Shown: piece by piece, positions 1 to 14,211 of the stretch
Position numbering within the stretch: position 1 is the stretch's first letter
How the letters are laid out: each line of letters begins with the position of its first letter
Origin: Trichoplax adhaerens
Lineage: Eukaryota > Animalia > Placozoa
Reading direction: 5' to 3'
DNA: 64,000 nt
Assembly: GCF_000150275.1 (NCBI RefSeq)
Contig: NW_002060947.1
Coordinates: 6,525,648-6,589,647, forward strand
Program-made: the position numbers and the translations under genes
The notes under the pieces: generated by a model
The model's input: only the letters and a program-made list of their open reading frames with translations
Databases searched by the model: none
Told to the model about the DNA's origin: nothing

Positions 1-49
1 ATGCTATCCGTATTGTAACTGAACCATATTAATTTTTATCAAGTAAAAC

Positions 50-870
50 TACTGATATCTATTAATTAAAGTATCATTACTGATTTCAGATTTAACAGCA
101 ATCACACTTGAAAGAGTCAAAAGTGGGTTTTGTACCAATTATAACTAATTAGCGGAGCAAGGTCTGCACATTTAATTGAATGAGAACAGCAGATGAGAAC
201 GGTAAAATGTATCAAATAATATATTTTGCTAAAAATAAGAAATAGTAATAGATAAAGATATTCGTATTTGTAATCAAACTATAGTAATCTTTATCAGGTA
301 ATACTATATATATATATATCAATTAAAATATTGTAAGGAATTTTAGATCAAGTTGCATATTACACTTAAAAGAGGAAAAAAGGGATTTTTTTCCCAATTA
401 TAAACAATTAGAGAAGCAAAGTCTGCTCATATTTTACTGGATGAAAAGAGTAAAATACCTCAAATAATACATTTATAAAAATAAGATATGCAGTCGATGA
501 GATTATCCGCTTAGTAATAGAACTATAGTGATCTTTATAAGTAATACTTTAGGTATCTATTAATTAGATTATCATAATTTATGAATATAATAAATGCAAA
601 ATGCGAAGTAATGATAAAATTGATGTTGCTACTGCTTATATGTCTGGTTTAGAGGTAGCCAAAGATAAGATATAGTCGATGAAGTTATCAGCATCGTAGG
701 ATAAATGTACCCGTATCAGGTAATAATATAGATATCTTTTAATTAAAACATCATGACGGATTTCAGATTGGATAACAAGTCAAGCTTAAGCAAGATAAAA
801 GTGGACTTTGTTTTAATTATAGATAATAAAATTAGAGGAGCAAGATCTGCTCAAGTAACTGGGTGACAAC
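50..870. repeat. Degenerate tandem repeat, ~250-260 bp unit, about 3 copies
   Basis: Recurring blocks such as attag(c/a)g(g/a)agcaa.gtctgc.ca (~148, ~406, ~831) and atc....tcaggtaata.tata (~287, ~531, ~711). Confidence 0.6.
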
Positions 871-988
871 AGTATTGTAGTAAAGGACTAGAAGTATAGT
901 CCTTTATAGCTTTTAGTATTTTAAGTTTCACCCTGCTAAATCATCATGTCGCCATCTTTTCTTCTTCATTATTTTACAAGGTATTATA

Positions 989-1228
989 TACTAAGAATAA
1001 TTTAACTATGTGTAAAATAAGGTAAAACGTTGCCATGCGGATTGTAGCTGCGAATGCTACGAAAAGTATAAAAGCATGCAACTTTAGATTATTCTGTTAG
1101 TTCGTTCTAGAAGTCTTTAGTAGTAGTATTCGGCTATAGTAGAGCTGTGTGTAGTTAATCTTTGTATAAGACTCAATAAAACCCTTATTTTTCTAAAATT
1201 TGGAATTTCGTGATCAGAGTATATCACA
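989..1228 (+). mobile_element. 5'-truncated copy (3' 240 bp) of LTR family A
   Basis: Near-identical to 1867-2106. Ends in the same ...TATATCACA terminus and contains AATAAA. GPCR-derived sequence resumes immediately after it. Confidence 0.8.
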
Positions 1229-2565
1229 ATTGCTAAGGAACGGCCATCTCGATGTTGCTTCAAAACCAATATTGATTAGTATCGCCAGTATCGCCTTTGC
1301 CATAGCGAACGTTTTACCTCGATGTAGTCTATCTTATTTCTATCAAATACTATCTTATGTCATTTTCTGCCTGCACTCGGGCAATCCCTGGTATTGGATA
1401 TAAATTTTCACGCCTGGATGATTGCGATCTATCGATATATGTTTATTGTGCACCCACTGCGCCACCATGCATATTGTACCAAAAAGCTAGTTTGCATAGC
1501 ACTTTTCGTTAATTGGATTGAAACATTAATTACACCCTATATACCTTTGATGACTGTAATGTAACTTAGTATTATGATTGTAGACTGTTAGCCATGTGTA
1601 GTATAATGTACGGTAGATATTTTTCCTAAGAGATATTTGGTAGCTATAACTATAGACTGTAGTAGTAGAGACTCTATGCTAGAGTACAGATGACTATATA
1701 CAGTAAGCTGTTGAGTTACTAACATGGCTATAGGTAAAAATAGAACTGTAAATCATATATTAGGATATGGTTAATTCATTGTACTTTGGCTGGTGTGAAT
1801 AATGTCTACGTAAGTACTGTAGTCGTATCCATATTGGATTAATGATGGTCCGCAGTAGAATAGTCTTACTAAGAATAATTTAACTATGTGTAAAATAAGG
1901 TAAAACGTTGCCATGCCGATTGTAGCTGCGAATGCTACGGAAAGTATAAAAGCAAGTTACTTTAGATTATTCTGTTAGTTCGTTCTAGAAGTCTTTAGTA
2001 GTAGTATTCGGCTATAGTAGAGCTGTGTGTAGTTAATCTTTGTATAAGATTCAATAAAACCCTTATTTTTCTAAAATTTGGAATGTCGTGATTGGTATAT
2101 ATCACAATGACTTATAGTCGCATCGATCCAGAAAATTGCAATTATATTGTCCGAGAAAATCTTTCCAATAAGATTTTCTATTTACTTTTCTTTATACTGT
2201 TCTTTTTTATAACGGTTACTATAATATCAGCACACTCTGGTATTTTAATTACGCTACACATAAGGTATAAGTATTTTCGGCATCGATGTATGATAAATAA
2301 TCATCGTTGTATTATTAGAAATCATGCTAGAAATGGACGTGCATTGACCAACATGTTAATATGTATTGGCGTATTTGCTCTATTTTGGCTGCCATTTGTC
2401 CTCAAATTTCTCATTTTGCAGCTGAAACTTAAAAGAGCATTTCAGTTGAATGTGCTCGGAATAACTCAATATATTGCCTTTTCTGATCATGCTATTAATT
2501 TATTATTATATTGCTACTTTACACAAAAAAATCGTCAAGAAGTAGCAGGCATATTCCGGCTCTGA
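1229..2565 (+). pseudogene. Class A GPCR pseudogene, paralogue of 7429-8481
   Basis: Colinear with 7429-8481 (ILISIA, LPR, NFHAWMIA, IVHPL, MTYS.IDP..CNY, NKIFYL, LFWLPFVL). It is frameshifted, has DRY changed to YRY, lacks its 5' end and is split by the 1555-2106 insertion. Confidence 0.9.
1555..2106 (+). mobile_element. Solo LTR-like element, family A (552 bp)
   Basis: Termini TGTAATGTA...TATATCACA (TG..CA, imperfect inverted ends). Exact 5-bp TSD ATGAC at 1550-1554 and 2107-2111. The intact paralogue has a single ATGAC here (cctttaATGACttatagt). AATAAA near the 3' end. Confidence 0.88.
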
Positions 2566-5130
2566 AAGAAACGATCTCGCTTAAGTCGCATTCTATGTCG
2601 GCAGTCTTTAATAACACCCGACCAATTAATCATATTGAGACGTTGCGATACGATGTCGCAATAGCATGTATTATTAATTTAAAGATTCGTTTTACATAAA
2701 TTGCTAAAATCCTCTCTTAGATGGCCTTCCAGAGCTAAAATTTTTAAATTAACACATATCGATATGAAATTAGATCAATTTAGCGCTTCTTGCGTCGAAA
2801 CAACTGCTAGGATTGATACCCTTTAAATATTGGATACCCAACGTGGAAATCTTATTAAAGCATTAAGTGATTAGCTCAATAAAATGGTACAACTAACTTT
2901 AATGTCTGCTTGACTTGTAGCTTATTTCTAGCTTATTTCTTAAGCCTTATACAGAAGCTGGTTAGATATCCGCAATGGGATGCATCATTATATGATATAA
3001 GTCATCATTATAGAAAATTTGGTATCGAATTTCTTTGGATACGTGCAAATTTTATTATTTGTCATTATCCATAATAAAGGAAATATACTATCCGTGTTAT
3101 GGTGCCTTAGTAGATTCACTTAACCAAGTATAATGTGGTTTGCATTTAGGCGTAATAATTTCTCTCCCTGAATGAATAAATAGAATAATTATTAAAGGCT
3201 ACTTGATTTAAAACAGGATAAATTACTACATAGAGTAAATATGGACCAATATCATTATTATTATTTTAAGCTAGTAGAGCAAAAGTAGTCCAGAAAAATC
3301 TAAATTTTCATATCCCGTTCATTTCATGAATATCTGTATGATAAAAAATTGTTTCCTCGTTTTTTAATCGATGCATACATGAATAGCAAAAGGATATCTA
3401 AATTTAATTATAGCACCTTCAATGATGGAACTACGAATATGTGAACTGTTTTAACTGTTCACTGGTCATCAATAAAATAAATTTTAAATCGGCGAATCAT
3501 TTCTAATTCTTATTGTGACTATAAATGAGCGATGCCAAATCTGGGAAATATGTAATGGTAAGTAACGTAGCGTTCAATCTAGTAATATCCGTGACGAGTC
3601 AAGAAGATACCTTTTAATTGATTATGATAGTTTTTTTTCTAACAGAGAAATCTTACATCATTAAACAGGAGCTCCTATCGAAGTTTAATTAATATTCATA
3701 AATTATGAAATAGAAGGACGACATATTCGTTTAATAGGATAAATTTGATTCAACCATATACTCTGATGTATCCTTCGAGTTCTATTTATGTTTAGTTGGT
3801 GGTTTATTTACTTAAAGGGCTGTGTTTCATCAAGGTTTTGAAGCCGTTTTGAAAATTGTTACAGATTTTCTAATAAAATATAATGTAAAAAGTTATAAAC
3901 TAGCTGTAAACTACATCGATTAAGATTTCTACTGCCAACTAATTGGCACTTGTTTGCTTTCAATTAAGTTAACTATATGTGAAATAGCCCGTTTAGAAAA
4001 TTAAAAGTGGCAAATACTTTACGGAATAGAAGTGAATCGCTTTTCGATACTATTCCGTACAGCCATCACGTTTACTACAATTATAAGTTTGCCTCCAGTT
4101 ATATTTTCTGTTTAAATAGATGTTGATAATAATTGCGTTGACATTCTTTAGTAGGCGTAAATATTCCACTGGTTTTAATTATTTAAATTCTGCTCTTAGT
4201 ATACATTAATACTGGAATATTTGTAGATCTTAATTTGGGTACCTAATTGAAGTTGTAAAAGTCTTTACACAATAGATAAAGCTAAAAACAATTTTAGCGC
4301 ATTGTTGGAATAGTCAATTTAAGAATAAATGACTATGAAGAGTAAATGTCTTTTTCTGTGATATCTATGGACAAAGATTGGTTTCGGAAATTTTCAAAGG
4401 CATTATTTATCTTATCTTAATTACAGCGTGGATGTTTAATTGTTTTTCTTGCATGAACATGGTAGTGCATGTTTTTAAAGCCTTTGACCTCTATCCTATA
4501 TAAAGGAATAGCCTTATTCAATAGTAAAATTTATTTTCAAGATATCATACGTTCTAGATATAGTACAGTAAACTAGTCGTGAAGTTCAATCAAAAACTTT
4601 TATAGGGCAAATCGATGCAATTTTAATTAACTTTTAGGACCTGGCAGTAGAAAAGGATCTGAAATGGATGCATTAAATCATTCTTTCTGTAAAGAAATTG
4701 TATTATTTTAAAAACTTTATCAGCTTGAGATCTCTGCAAATTTTCTAGGAGAGAGGAGAGGTGAAATTATCTTAAAGTACAGGATTGCAGTCTAAATTTT
4801 TAATGACAAACTTGCGGTATTGATTGCGCAGTAGCAATTACTAGCACAAAAATAGAACTGTTGAAAAAAATCTAAACTGATATGCAGTAACATTTCCCAT
4901 AATTATCAGCATTACAACCAGAAAATAAACATTTAAACTTACTTCTATAGTAAAATAACATATGTTCGCCGGGCTTAATCATGGATTTAATTAAGATTAC
5001 AATAAATCTTGGATAGTAAAGGCCAATTACAGTTGATAAACGAATTCATCTTTTTACTATAACAATATAAAGTAAAAAAATAAAATTTTCTGAAGATGCT
5101 GCTTTCAGTTTTAATCTTGTTCGAGATTAC

Positions 5131-5552
5131 AGAGCAGTTCTAATTATTGCCTTATTTATAGTTTTATGCAGAATCATTTATGTATTATTGGGCAGAAGCA
5201 ATGGTTGATAAAAGAAAATTTCCTTCATTGTTATAACTTTATCTCCTTGATATCTTGATGACTAGCGCTATGAAGTCAGTTCTAGTTATTATTATAGTTA
5301 TAGTTTTATACAGAGTCATTTACGCATTACTAGATAGAAGTAAAAGTTAATAAAAAGCTATACCGTATATCGTGATGACTTTATGTTCTCGATATAATGT
5401 TGAGCCTTAGGATGGCTAGCGCCATGAAGGCAGTTCTAGTTATTATCATAGTTGTAGTTGTACAGAGCCATTTATGCATTACTGGATAGCACTAAAAGTT
5501 AATAAAAGAAATACCCTGTTTCGTGATAACTTTATCTACTAGATGGCTAGTG
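5131..5552. repeat. Degenerate tandem repeat, ~145-155 bp x3
   Basis: cagttcta(a/g)ttatt...caga..catttat/cg.atta...gtt(g/a)ataaaa recurs three times. Confidence 0.75.
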
Positions 5553-6509
5553 ATATAAAGTAATGGAATAATCTAAATTATTTTAAAAGCGTATACTACC
5601 TTTCAGAAATTATTTTATTATATGAATACATCAATTATTACATTTTATCTATTTGGGATTTTAAAAAAGGGTGCCGACTGATACAGTACTGTATGGAAAC
5701 TATAGGGCAAGAAAATTATTTCCGTACCGAAAGTTGCAATTATAATCTATCTAAGTATGAATGCTATAGAATTCATATTTTAAATACTAATATTTATGAA
5801 GGCAAAATGATGATTCAAACCGCGTTATAATAAAATAATAGGCTTACATAGATAATCAGAAATTGTGTAATTTCCAAGTCTTTTATCTAACTTTCTCTTC
5901 TTCAATTGATTATTATGATCAAAGTCAAAACGAAGGAATTTAGTTATGATTCCAACTCTAGTTATGAAGACTAAAAAAAGAAGAGACGATTATCACTTTT
6001 AATTATCATCCGTTATTAAGTCCAGCTATGTATTATGAGATAGATGCCTCTTCGTTCCATTCAATAATAACCTTTGTATCTTTTAGTTATTATCCTATAA
6101 CAGCCGTAGCAATTTAAGCTTATAATCATCTACTCCGCGTCAACTGATATATATTTTATCGTTTTTAATGACTTTAAGACTAACAATTTTTAACTTATTA
6201 TTTATAGTAACCAAACTGATGAATTCTTATCATGCTAAATAATAACAGATAAGTTAGCTGTCCTTATTTACAAGTGGATGTTTAGATTACTTTTAAATTA
6301 GTGAATTACTGTTAATAATGCCATATTCTACTACAGATTCGGATTGTTATTTATAGATAAGATGTAATGAAAATTTATTATAACAATAGCGCTGAAGTAA
6401 ATTTGCCTTATTTTCTATTATCGAGGGGACATTTATGACCCAGCCCAGTTAATTGAAATACTCAAAACAATACTATACCCTTGACTTTAAAAGAATACCA
6501 GAGTCCTGT

Positions 6510-6990
6510 ATTTAGTGCTCTGACCTTAGCTAACAAAACATGCTAATTTGAAGATATTAATGATTAGAAAGTTTGCCATAGAAGGTATTTTGTCAATTTA
6601 TTATGTAATTTATCTGCTTGTGCTGCGATAATATATTTTGATTGTAGTGGTAGTGATATCGCTTATAGAATGGCGTGTGTTGAATTATCGTCATGGATGG
6701 TCAAGTTAAATCTTATATGAGGATATTTTAATAAAACAATAAGGTCCGCTTGTATTTAGCGCTTTGATATTGGCTAACAAGGCAGACTTATTGGAAGATA
6801 TTAACGATTAAAAAGTCTATTACAGAACACATTTTGCCGATTTATTATATAATTTACCTGCTAATATTGTGATATTATATTATGTTTATAGTAATAAACA
6901 TACCGTTGGTAGAAATATGTGTTTGAGGTATGGATACAGATCATAAAATTTTCTATATGTAGATACTTTGATAAAACAATGATTTCCTCT
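6510..6990. repeat. Degenerate tandem duplication, ~243 bp x2
   Basis: gctaacaa...gaagatattaa.gatta.aaagt at ~6530 and ~6773. Confidence 0.6.
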
Positions 6991-7428
6991 TGATTTATAG
7001 GAAAATCGATTGCATCCACAATTTGTCATTTAAATGCCATTGTTCATATTATTTTTAATGATTGAAATTAACAAGGAGCTAGCAGTTTACTTGCATTATG
7101 TAAATTAATTTATATTTACTTTATTAATGACGGAGAAGATGAAGCTACGGAGACTTTTACCAGATTAATTATCATTTTTTTGGGTAGCATTAAATTAGTA
7201 ACTGACAGTCAGAAATATAAATGAGAGCGCAGTTTGATGCAGTATTATACAAGTTTATTGGGGATAATTAATTGTAAGGTGCAAATTTTTTTACGGTCAT
7301 CAATATTTTAGTTCAAGACTTAACAGTACTGGCACTTTATATTTTGGTAGAATACTTCAAAGCGTATCGTATATACTTCGGATATCTTTTCTAACCAATT
7401 TTATCATTGGATATTTAATTATACCATC

Positions 7429-8481
7429 ATGTTGATCATCAATATTTCAACAACCTCTACAATATTGGCCGATAGCATAGATGGAATAAAAGATGGAGGT
7501 ATTATCAAATGTGTCCTATGGGGGATAATATCCATCTTAACTATTATTACCAATGCTGGGTTGCTTTTCATTTTACTCAAGAAACGCCATTCAGAGATTG
7601 TTTCTAGATCAATACTAATTAGTATCGCCATGGCAAGTATTCTCTTTACTATTTTATACCTTTTACCACGTTGGAGTATTCCTTATTTCTATCTCAATTC
7701 TATCTTATGTTACATTCTGCCTCGACTTGGCCAATCGTTTGTACTCAATATCAATTTCCACGTCTGGATGATTGCTGTCGATCGTTACTTATTTATCGTT
7801 CATCCTTTGGGCCATCGCATATATTGTACTAAAAAGACAACTTACATAGCACTAATCGTTGTCTGGATAGTAACATTAATTATGCCATTCGTACCTTTAA
7901 TGACTTATAGTCCAATTGATCCTGGTAGTTGCAATTATACAGTACCTGATGTTCTATCCAATAAAATATTTTACTTGGCCTATTTTATATTATTTTTCTT
8001 CGTACCGGTTACGATAATTATAACAGCATACAGTGGTATTTTAATTATGTTATATACAAGACGTAGGCGCTATCGGCAACGATTAATTATAAATATTCAT
8101 CGGTGTGCCTTAAAAAGCCAATCTAGTAATAGACGAATTTTGGCCTACATGTTAATATTTATAGGTGTGTTTGTTCTATTTTGGCTACCGTTTGTATTGG
8201 TATTTCTAATCTTGCAATTGAGACCGAAAACTGAATTTCAGTTATATACGATAGGGATAACCCAATTTCTTGCCTTTTCATATCCAGCAGTTAACCCTTT
8301 AATATACTCGTATTTTACATTGAAAATACGGAAAGAAATCACTTCAATGCTAAGACAATGTCTAAATAAGGATGAGTGTCAAATCAGTTGTATTTCATAT
8401 CGGCGTTCTCCCTCAATATTGCCAGAACAATTAATGCGACGACGATGTGGCTTTGAAGAGATGCGTATTAGTGAAGTCTAA
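7429..8481 (+). CDS. Intronless rhodopsin-like (class A) orphan GPCR, 350 aa
   Basis: Seven hydrophobic segments; TM3 Cys; DRY; TM4 W; TM5 FFVP; TM6 FVLFWLPF; TM7 NPLIY; ECL2 Cys. Confidence 0.95.
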   Translation: MLIINISTTSTILADSIDGIKDGGIIKCVLWGIISILTIITNAGLLFILLKKRHSEIVSRSILISIAMASILFTILYLLPRWSIPYFYLNSILCYILPRLGQSFVLNINFHVWMIAVDRYLFIVHPLGHRIYCTKKTTYIALIVVWIVTLIMPFVPLMTYSPIDPGSCNYTVPDVLSNKIFYLAYFILFFFVPVTIIITAYSGILIMLYTRRRRYRQRLIINIHRCALKSQSSNRRILAYMLIFIGVFVLFWLPFVLVFLILQLRPKTEFQLYTIGITQFLAFSYPAVNPLIYSYFTLKIRKEITSMLRQCLNKDECQISCISYRRSPSILPEQLMRRRCGFEEMRISEV

Positions 8482-10699
8482 TATCCTTATTCGATCGCAG
8501 GGAGTTCTAAGTCCATGGAAAAGATAAGATAGAAATCAAAATCGAATATAGATTTATGTTCAACTATGAGCAGTAAATTATTTCCTTCTCCCAATCATTC
8601 ATATTTAGTAAATTAAATTTATAGTATGTATCAAAAATCGGTGCCAGTGTCGTATATAGGATTATGATGACATACAGATTGGCTGATCATCAATTTACAG
8701 TTTTGTAAGTTTATATTAATTAATAGAATATTCTATGTCTGGAAAAAATATCTTAACTATCATGATAGCTAAATTCGGTTCGAATACAAACTGTTTACTT
8801 TAGTCAATTTTATAAGAAAACAAAAAATTACTTATAATCATCCTATCGGACTTGTTTGATAGATTGCCAAACTTGAATAGCTAAGCTGTTTTGATTCATA
8901 ATTTGTAACATTGACAGATTTACAACGGTAAATTGTTGCCGGAAAGTTGCATAATTTAAGGGATATTAGAACGACATAAATATTGCCATGTTCTCAAGTG
9001 ACTATCACACGTTGTCAGATGTACGTACTTAAGATAGTTTTGGCCTACGCTGTAAATATAGTTATGATCTTTCTAATATCCAGATGCTTTAGCGGTAATC
9101 AGATATTAAAAGTACGTAGATTAGACAGCCGCTACTTAAATAAAAATTTCGGTTTTTGGATGATAACATGGATAATAGAATGATATACCGTAAATATCAC
9201 CAGTTTCTTGCTTGTCTATTGAATGTTATCACATGCACGTACTCAAGATAGTTTGTGCTTATCTTTTTAATGTATTGTCAAGACCTTACTAATATCTAGA
9301 CACTTTAGGAGTAAACAGATATCAAAAAAAGTGGGTAGATATAATGGCATCTACTGCAGCAGTTAACTTTGAACGGTTACTACTTATGATTAAATTATAA
9401 TTATGTTATTATAACTGCTTAAGCTTGAATTTTAGTTTTATAATACTTGATGCCGATACAAATCTATTGTTAATTTAACGGTAGTAGTAAAAAATCTATT
9501 TTCTGAGCAACGTTTAAAGACATCTACTGATATTCATTCGAATTGTTTTAAGACATTCTTGATACATAGATTCACTTCTGACACTATATTATATTATTCT
9601 ATTTCGTTGATTCTATATTATTGTCTGCCTAAAATTAAGCTATAGGTAAAATATATGATTGACTGCAATTAAGTTCTTGCTTGACAAATTAAATGTTTTA
9701 CGGACATATCTAAGAAAAATTGAAGTCGCCGATAATTAGGAAATGTACTTACTTATTGTGAAAGCTTAAAGGCTCTAGGCCACATCAATGATACAATGAT
9801 ATAGTTCTTTCCATTTTATAGTATTTTGGATCTAGCCAATTTAAATTGGAGTACGATACTTACTTGCATCATATCCTACTCTTTAAATAAATTAATTAAC
9901 CGATTAATGAAGAAGCTTGCTGGGTTTTAAGCTGACAGTTTGTTTTGCATCCATAGATCTGCTAGGAAAGGACTTTTTATAGCAATAATGCTTGTATTTG
10001 CTTAATTAATAGATTAGAGGTATTATAGTTTAAATTGAGGATCCTTACTACTGTGTAATAATAGCGTTTGAGATTTGCAGGAAAGAAATAAACCGCATTT
10101 AGTAAGTGTTTTTTTATTGAAATAGTTTACAAAAGCTATAAATAATAACAAATTATTGTAATAAGCGCAATAGCTATAATGGCATGGAGTCTTAGTTTAA
10201 GCGCACCATGAATGGCTTATTCCTGTAGATTTATTTTGCTTTCCTTGTTTACTGTACATTATTTTTACGCTTATGGTTATATCTGTTATCTTATAGTAGC
10301 GCCATGGGATTATGACATCGCACTATGGTAGTTAATTAACTAATACTGATGCTCATTCAATTTTAATATCATAATGCTCATAACAGATATGATAGTCTAT
10401 GTGTATTATTATTATCTGAATTTCTGAAGCAGTATAACATTCTCTATGTGCATTAAGTTTGGGAATGCATTCAAATACTGACATAATTATGCATATGCAT
10501 AACTATCAAAATGTGGCCTTGCTTGGTATTATATTTATGTTATTATTATAAATACAGCTGAATTTAAAAATATCAATGCAATTAGAATTTGAAATTTAAT
10601 ATTGTATATTCGTATTGAGCTGCGCTAATTCTATTAATAAAAACCTACTATGACAAGTTGGATAGTAGGCACAAGGATTGTAAAGAATACTGACTAAAA

Positions 10700-11130
10700 A
10701 TTTTAAAGTAATAGATTCCTTTGGAGGCTTCAAAACAACTACCCCATTAGGATTTAGATAGTCAATGTAGTATATTAGCTCATCTATTTTAGAACTTAAT
10801 CTAGATGAATAAAAAATCTAGCAATTGCATTAGCAAAATTTGTAACCGATAATAAAATATTTCCTTAGGAGGCTTTAATCAACTACACAACCAGGATTTA
10901 GATTGCTACTGTAGTAATTTAGCACATCTATTTAAGAACTTACTCTAGGTTAACTGAACAATCTAAGCATTGCATTAGTACAATTTGTGAGGGATGATAA
11001 AAGATTTCCCTCCGAGGCTTCAAAACTAGGGAATGAGGATTTAGATTGCCTGTGTAGCAGTTTAACTCATGTAATTAAGAAATCAATCCAGTTAACTAAT
11101 AAATCTAGCTATTGGATTAGTAATATTTAT
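10700..11130. repeat. Degenerate tandem repeat, ~145 bp x3
   Basis: ttcc....gaggctt...aggatttagat.g...tgtag recurs three times. The ORF 10987-11247 is incidental. Confidence 0.7.
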
Positions 11131-13770
11131 GAGAGATACTCTTACTTGATTACTAGCTTTAATGTACACTTTAATTGTTACTCACTCCGTAAATGCTGCA
11201 TGATTAACCAGAATAAATCTTTCAATTTTTCTGTTATCACTTCATAAACCACTACAAGTATTTTATCGCAAGCTTAAAAAGCTCTCTTATTAACAGTTAA
11301 GCAATTTCTCTATTTCTTAGCAGATATTCCTTTCACAATGTCCATTTACCACAGTATGATGTGATTATATATCATATAATACCAGTGTTTTACGCTTCAT
11401 CATCAAAGAAGATTAAATTAACGTTTCGCTTAGTGATCTGATCGTTTTGAAATTGTAATCGTGCTAGCTTAAGTGATAGAACTGTTTACGAAGTTTCAAA
11501 ATTTGTAGAAAATTAGAACTTTATTAGATCTTTATACAAAGATGATCTACATGCAGCTCTACTCTAGCTGAATACAATTGCTGAAAATGGTTCTAAAAAG
11601 TACTACTGAATAATGTAAATTTGCCTGCTTAAATACTTTTCGTAATATTTCAAGGTACGATTAGTATAGCAACACTTCACCTTATGGTACGGTCTGAAAT
11701 ATATCTAAGAATAAAATTGTTAGATTATACGAAAAGAGAACAATTGTAAACGAGATTGCAAATTACGTAAATGTCTAATTGCAGTAGATTATTGTTATAT
11801 TTAGATGATTGAGATTCTGATATATATACAGCTTGCATAGAGAATGTCAGTCAGTACTATGCGATTTGTATTTTGACGCTTTATTTAGAAGCGCGATAGT
11901 AAATTTAGATCTGATCTTGCGACTTAAATGACAAGACATAATAGTGTTGAATAAAAACCATTCTGTAACTAATTCCATATAAATCATGAATATTTCTGTA
12001 ATAATTTAGATAGCCTAGTGATGGTCCGATTGTAGCTAGATAGTCATTGATAGCTGTTAGGCGTACATAACTCACGCAATAAAGTCAAGTTTACAAGAAG
12101 CTGTAGATCTGGCTTTATTAATTTAGCGAAAAGGACTTGATTACGCGCACATTACCGTACTCTACACTTATTCAGATTATTATTAGTAACTACATTTTAC
12201 AGCGGACTATCTATAATTCAATATGGCAAAGCTATAGTATTTATTTTGAAAATATTTCAGCCAGCTAAAGTACTATGGACTAACCCTATCATAATATATG
12301 TGTTATCTTAAGAACAAAATCATTCTTGGGAATGGCCGTAACATATGAATGGCTATTCTACTTTTACTTCGAAAACCAATAGTGATTCAACTCTCTACTG
12401 CATATAATCATCGGTACTAGCTTAAAATAGAATCTTTGATTACATCCTACAGCTATGAGCTACTAAACAAGGCTTATAATAATTATAGAAACCTACACTA
12501 TCGCACATCAAACTAAGCATGGATATTAATCTATAATTCAATACTAAATTACATTAGATAATAGTAATTTGTTCAATGAAGCTGTTGCCTACATTACAGT
12601 TTATTTACCGCTAGCAATGACAAGTCCAAGTATGATCATGTTGTTAGTAGGAAGGATACGCCAGTTATAGTTTCGTGTGAAACTCTAGCAATCGTAAGTT
12701 TTTTTTTTATACTATAGTAAATTAATAGATGTCATTCAATAATTCATTTTTATGATTTTCAGATTGTAAACAAATTAAAGATACCAGTAGTTATAGAGGT
12801 TGTCTTCTTCATACTTGAAATTGTAATCTGTATCTAAAGAGATTTTGTTAAATTAAGTCTCGTAATAAACTGTTTTACTACCAATCGTCTTTGATTAGAA
12901 TTTTTGAAGGATTCAAAGAAGCAGATTCATTTTAGAAGTATACTTTACAAACCTCTAGATGGAATAATCTACAGCAATGTGCTCAGGAGGTATTAAAGAG
13001 GATGAAATTATTCTTAGTATAAGAAATGATTCGGGCATAGTTAACGAGATAAAACAAACTGTGTTTATAACTGATTAAAACCATACTATAAATTTCGATA
13101 TTGTAAATCTTTTCAATAGAATAGGTATCCTTTAATTTTGAGCTACTAGATTATACGTTATTTATTCTAGTACGAATAATAAGATCGATTTCAATAATTC
13201 ATGAAGGTCATCAATTTCTAAAATGCGAATTACTTTATAGTAATTATTTTACGCCGTTACTCCTGCAAATAAATATTAGCCAAAGCAGGTGTTTGACGTA
13301 TTGTTTAAATCAACAATCTGAAAAATTGCAACTAAATTGGTGTATTAGAATACAATCGAGCAGCAAAATAGCTTAAATGCTTGCAATGATGTAGTTGGGA
13401 ACAAAGGAAAATATTGGTAAGGATACTGTAGTGAATAGTTCACCACTTCCAATTTAGAGAACTAAATAACAATGACAATGAATTACTGTAGAGCAGAGCC
13501 CGCTGGCAATATTAACAGTCTTCTTATTATACCAGGACATAAAGGTTTCTTCTATCCGTTTATTCTCTAAATTTACCTAGCACAGGCGCCCATTATTCAA
13601 AGCTCGCGACAGCACGACATTTTATGAAATTTCTGACTTATACGAGAATTAACACGCAATTTTTTACTCGCATGCTATGAGTTGAAGTAATATCTGAGGT
13701 AGATGAGATTGATAGGATGTTGTTGCAAATAGTAATGAAGCATTGCAGTGAGAATGATCTTGTAGACAGG

Positions 13771-14211
13771 TGTCACGGTGCGAACTACCGTGAAGAAATA
13801 GATATCTAAATTTGGTTAATATAATATAGTGATATTATATTACAACTAGTTACTTACAATAGGAATTACTCTAATTATAAATGTGTTACAGTAAATTTAT
13901 TGCTGTGCTGTAACGTGTGCTGAAATGATTCTGTGAATGGACATATTGTAGTCCGACTCTGAAAAACTAGTTAGTAGGTGTTCTCACCCAAGTATTTTTA
14001 TAAGATGACTTGTGAATGTTAGCTGCTGTAGAAGGGTATATAAACCCGTCAGATAGTTGAATAAAGCAGTTCTCAATTGTATAGTTGTTTTAACGTAGAA
14101 GCAAAGGCGTCTAAATTCTTGTGAGGTAGTTAAGGGATACTGAATCCCGGAGACTATAGTAATTTAGAGATTTGTTTTACGTTATCCTTGTCACGAAGCT
14201 GGTTTGTGACA
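13771..14211 (+). mobile_element. Solo LTR-like element, family B (441 bp)
   Basis: TGTCAC...GTGACA termini. 5-bp TSD ACAGG at 13766-13770 and 14212-14216. TATATAA at ~14037 and AATAAA at 14060-14065. Second copy inverted at 61897-62325. Confidence 0.9.

Noticed and set aside
871-985. Short TGTA...TACA segment as another element
   Set aside because: Flanks (agtat versus aggta) are not an exact TSD, and there is no second copy.
989-2106. Single two-LTR element (TRIM) with an internal region
   Set aside because: The right copy has its own TSD pair, and the intervening DNA is colinear GPCR sequence with no evident PBS or PPT.
7429-8481. Opsin or a named aminergic receptor
   Set aside because: No Lys7.43 and no Asp3.32; orthology cannot be assigned from the sequence alone.
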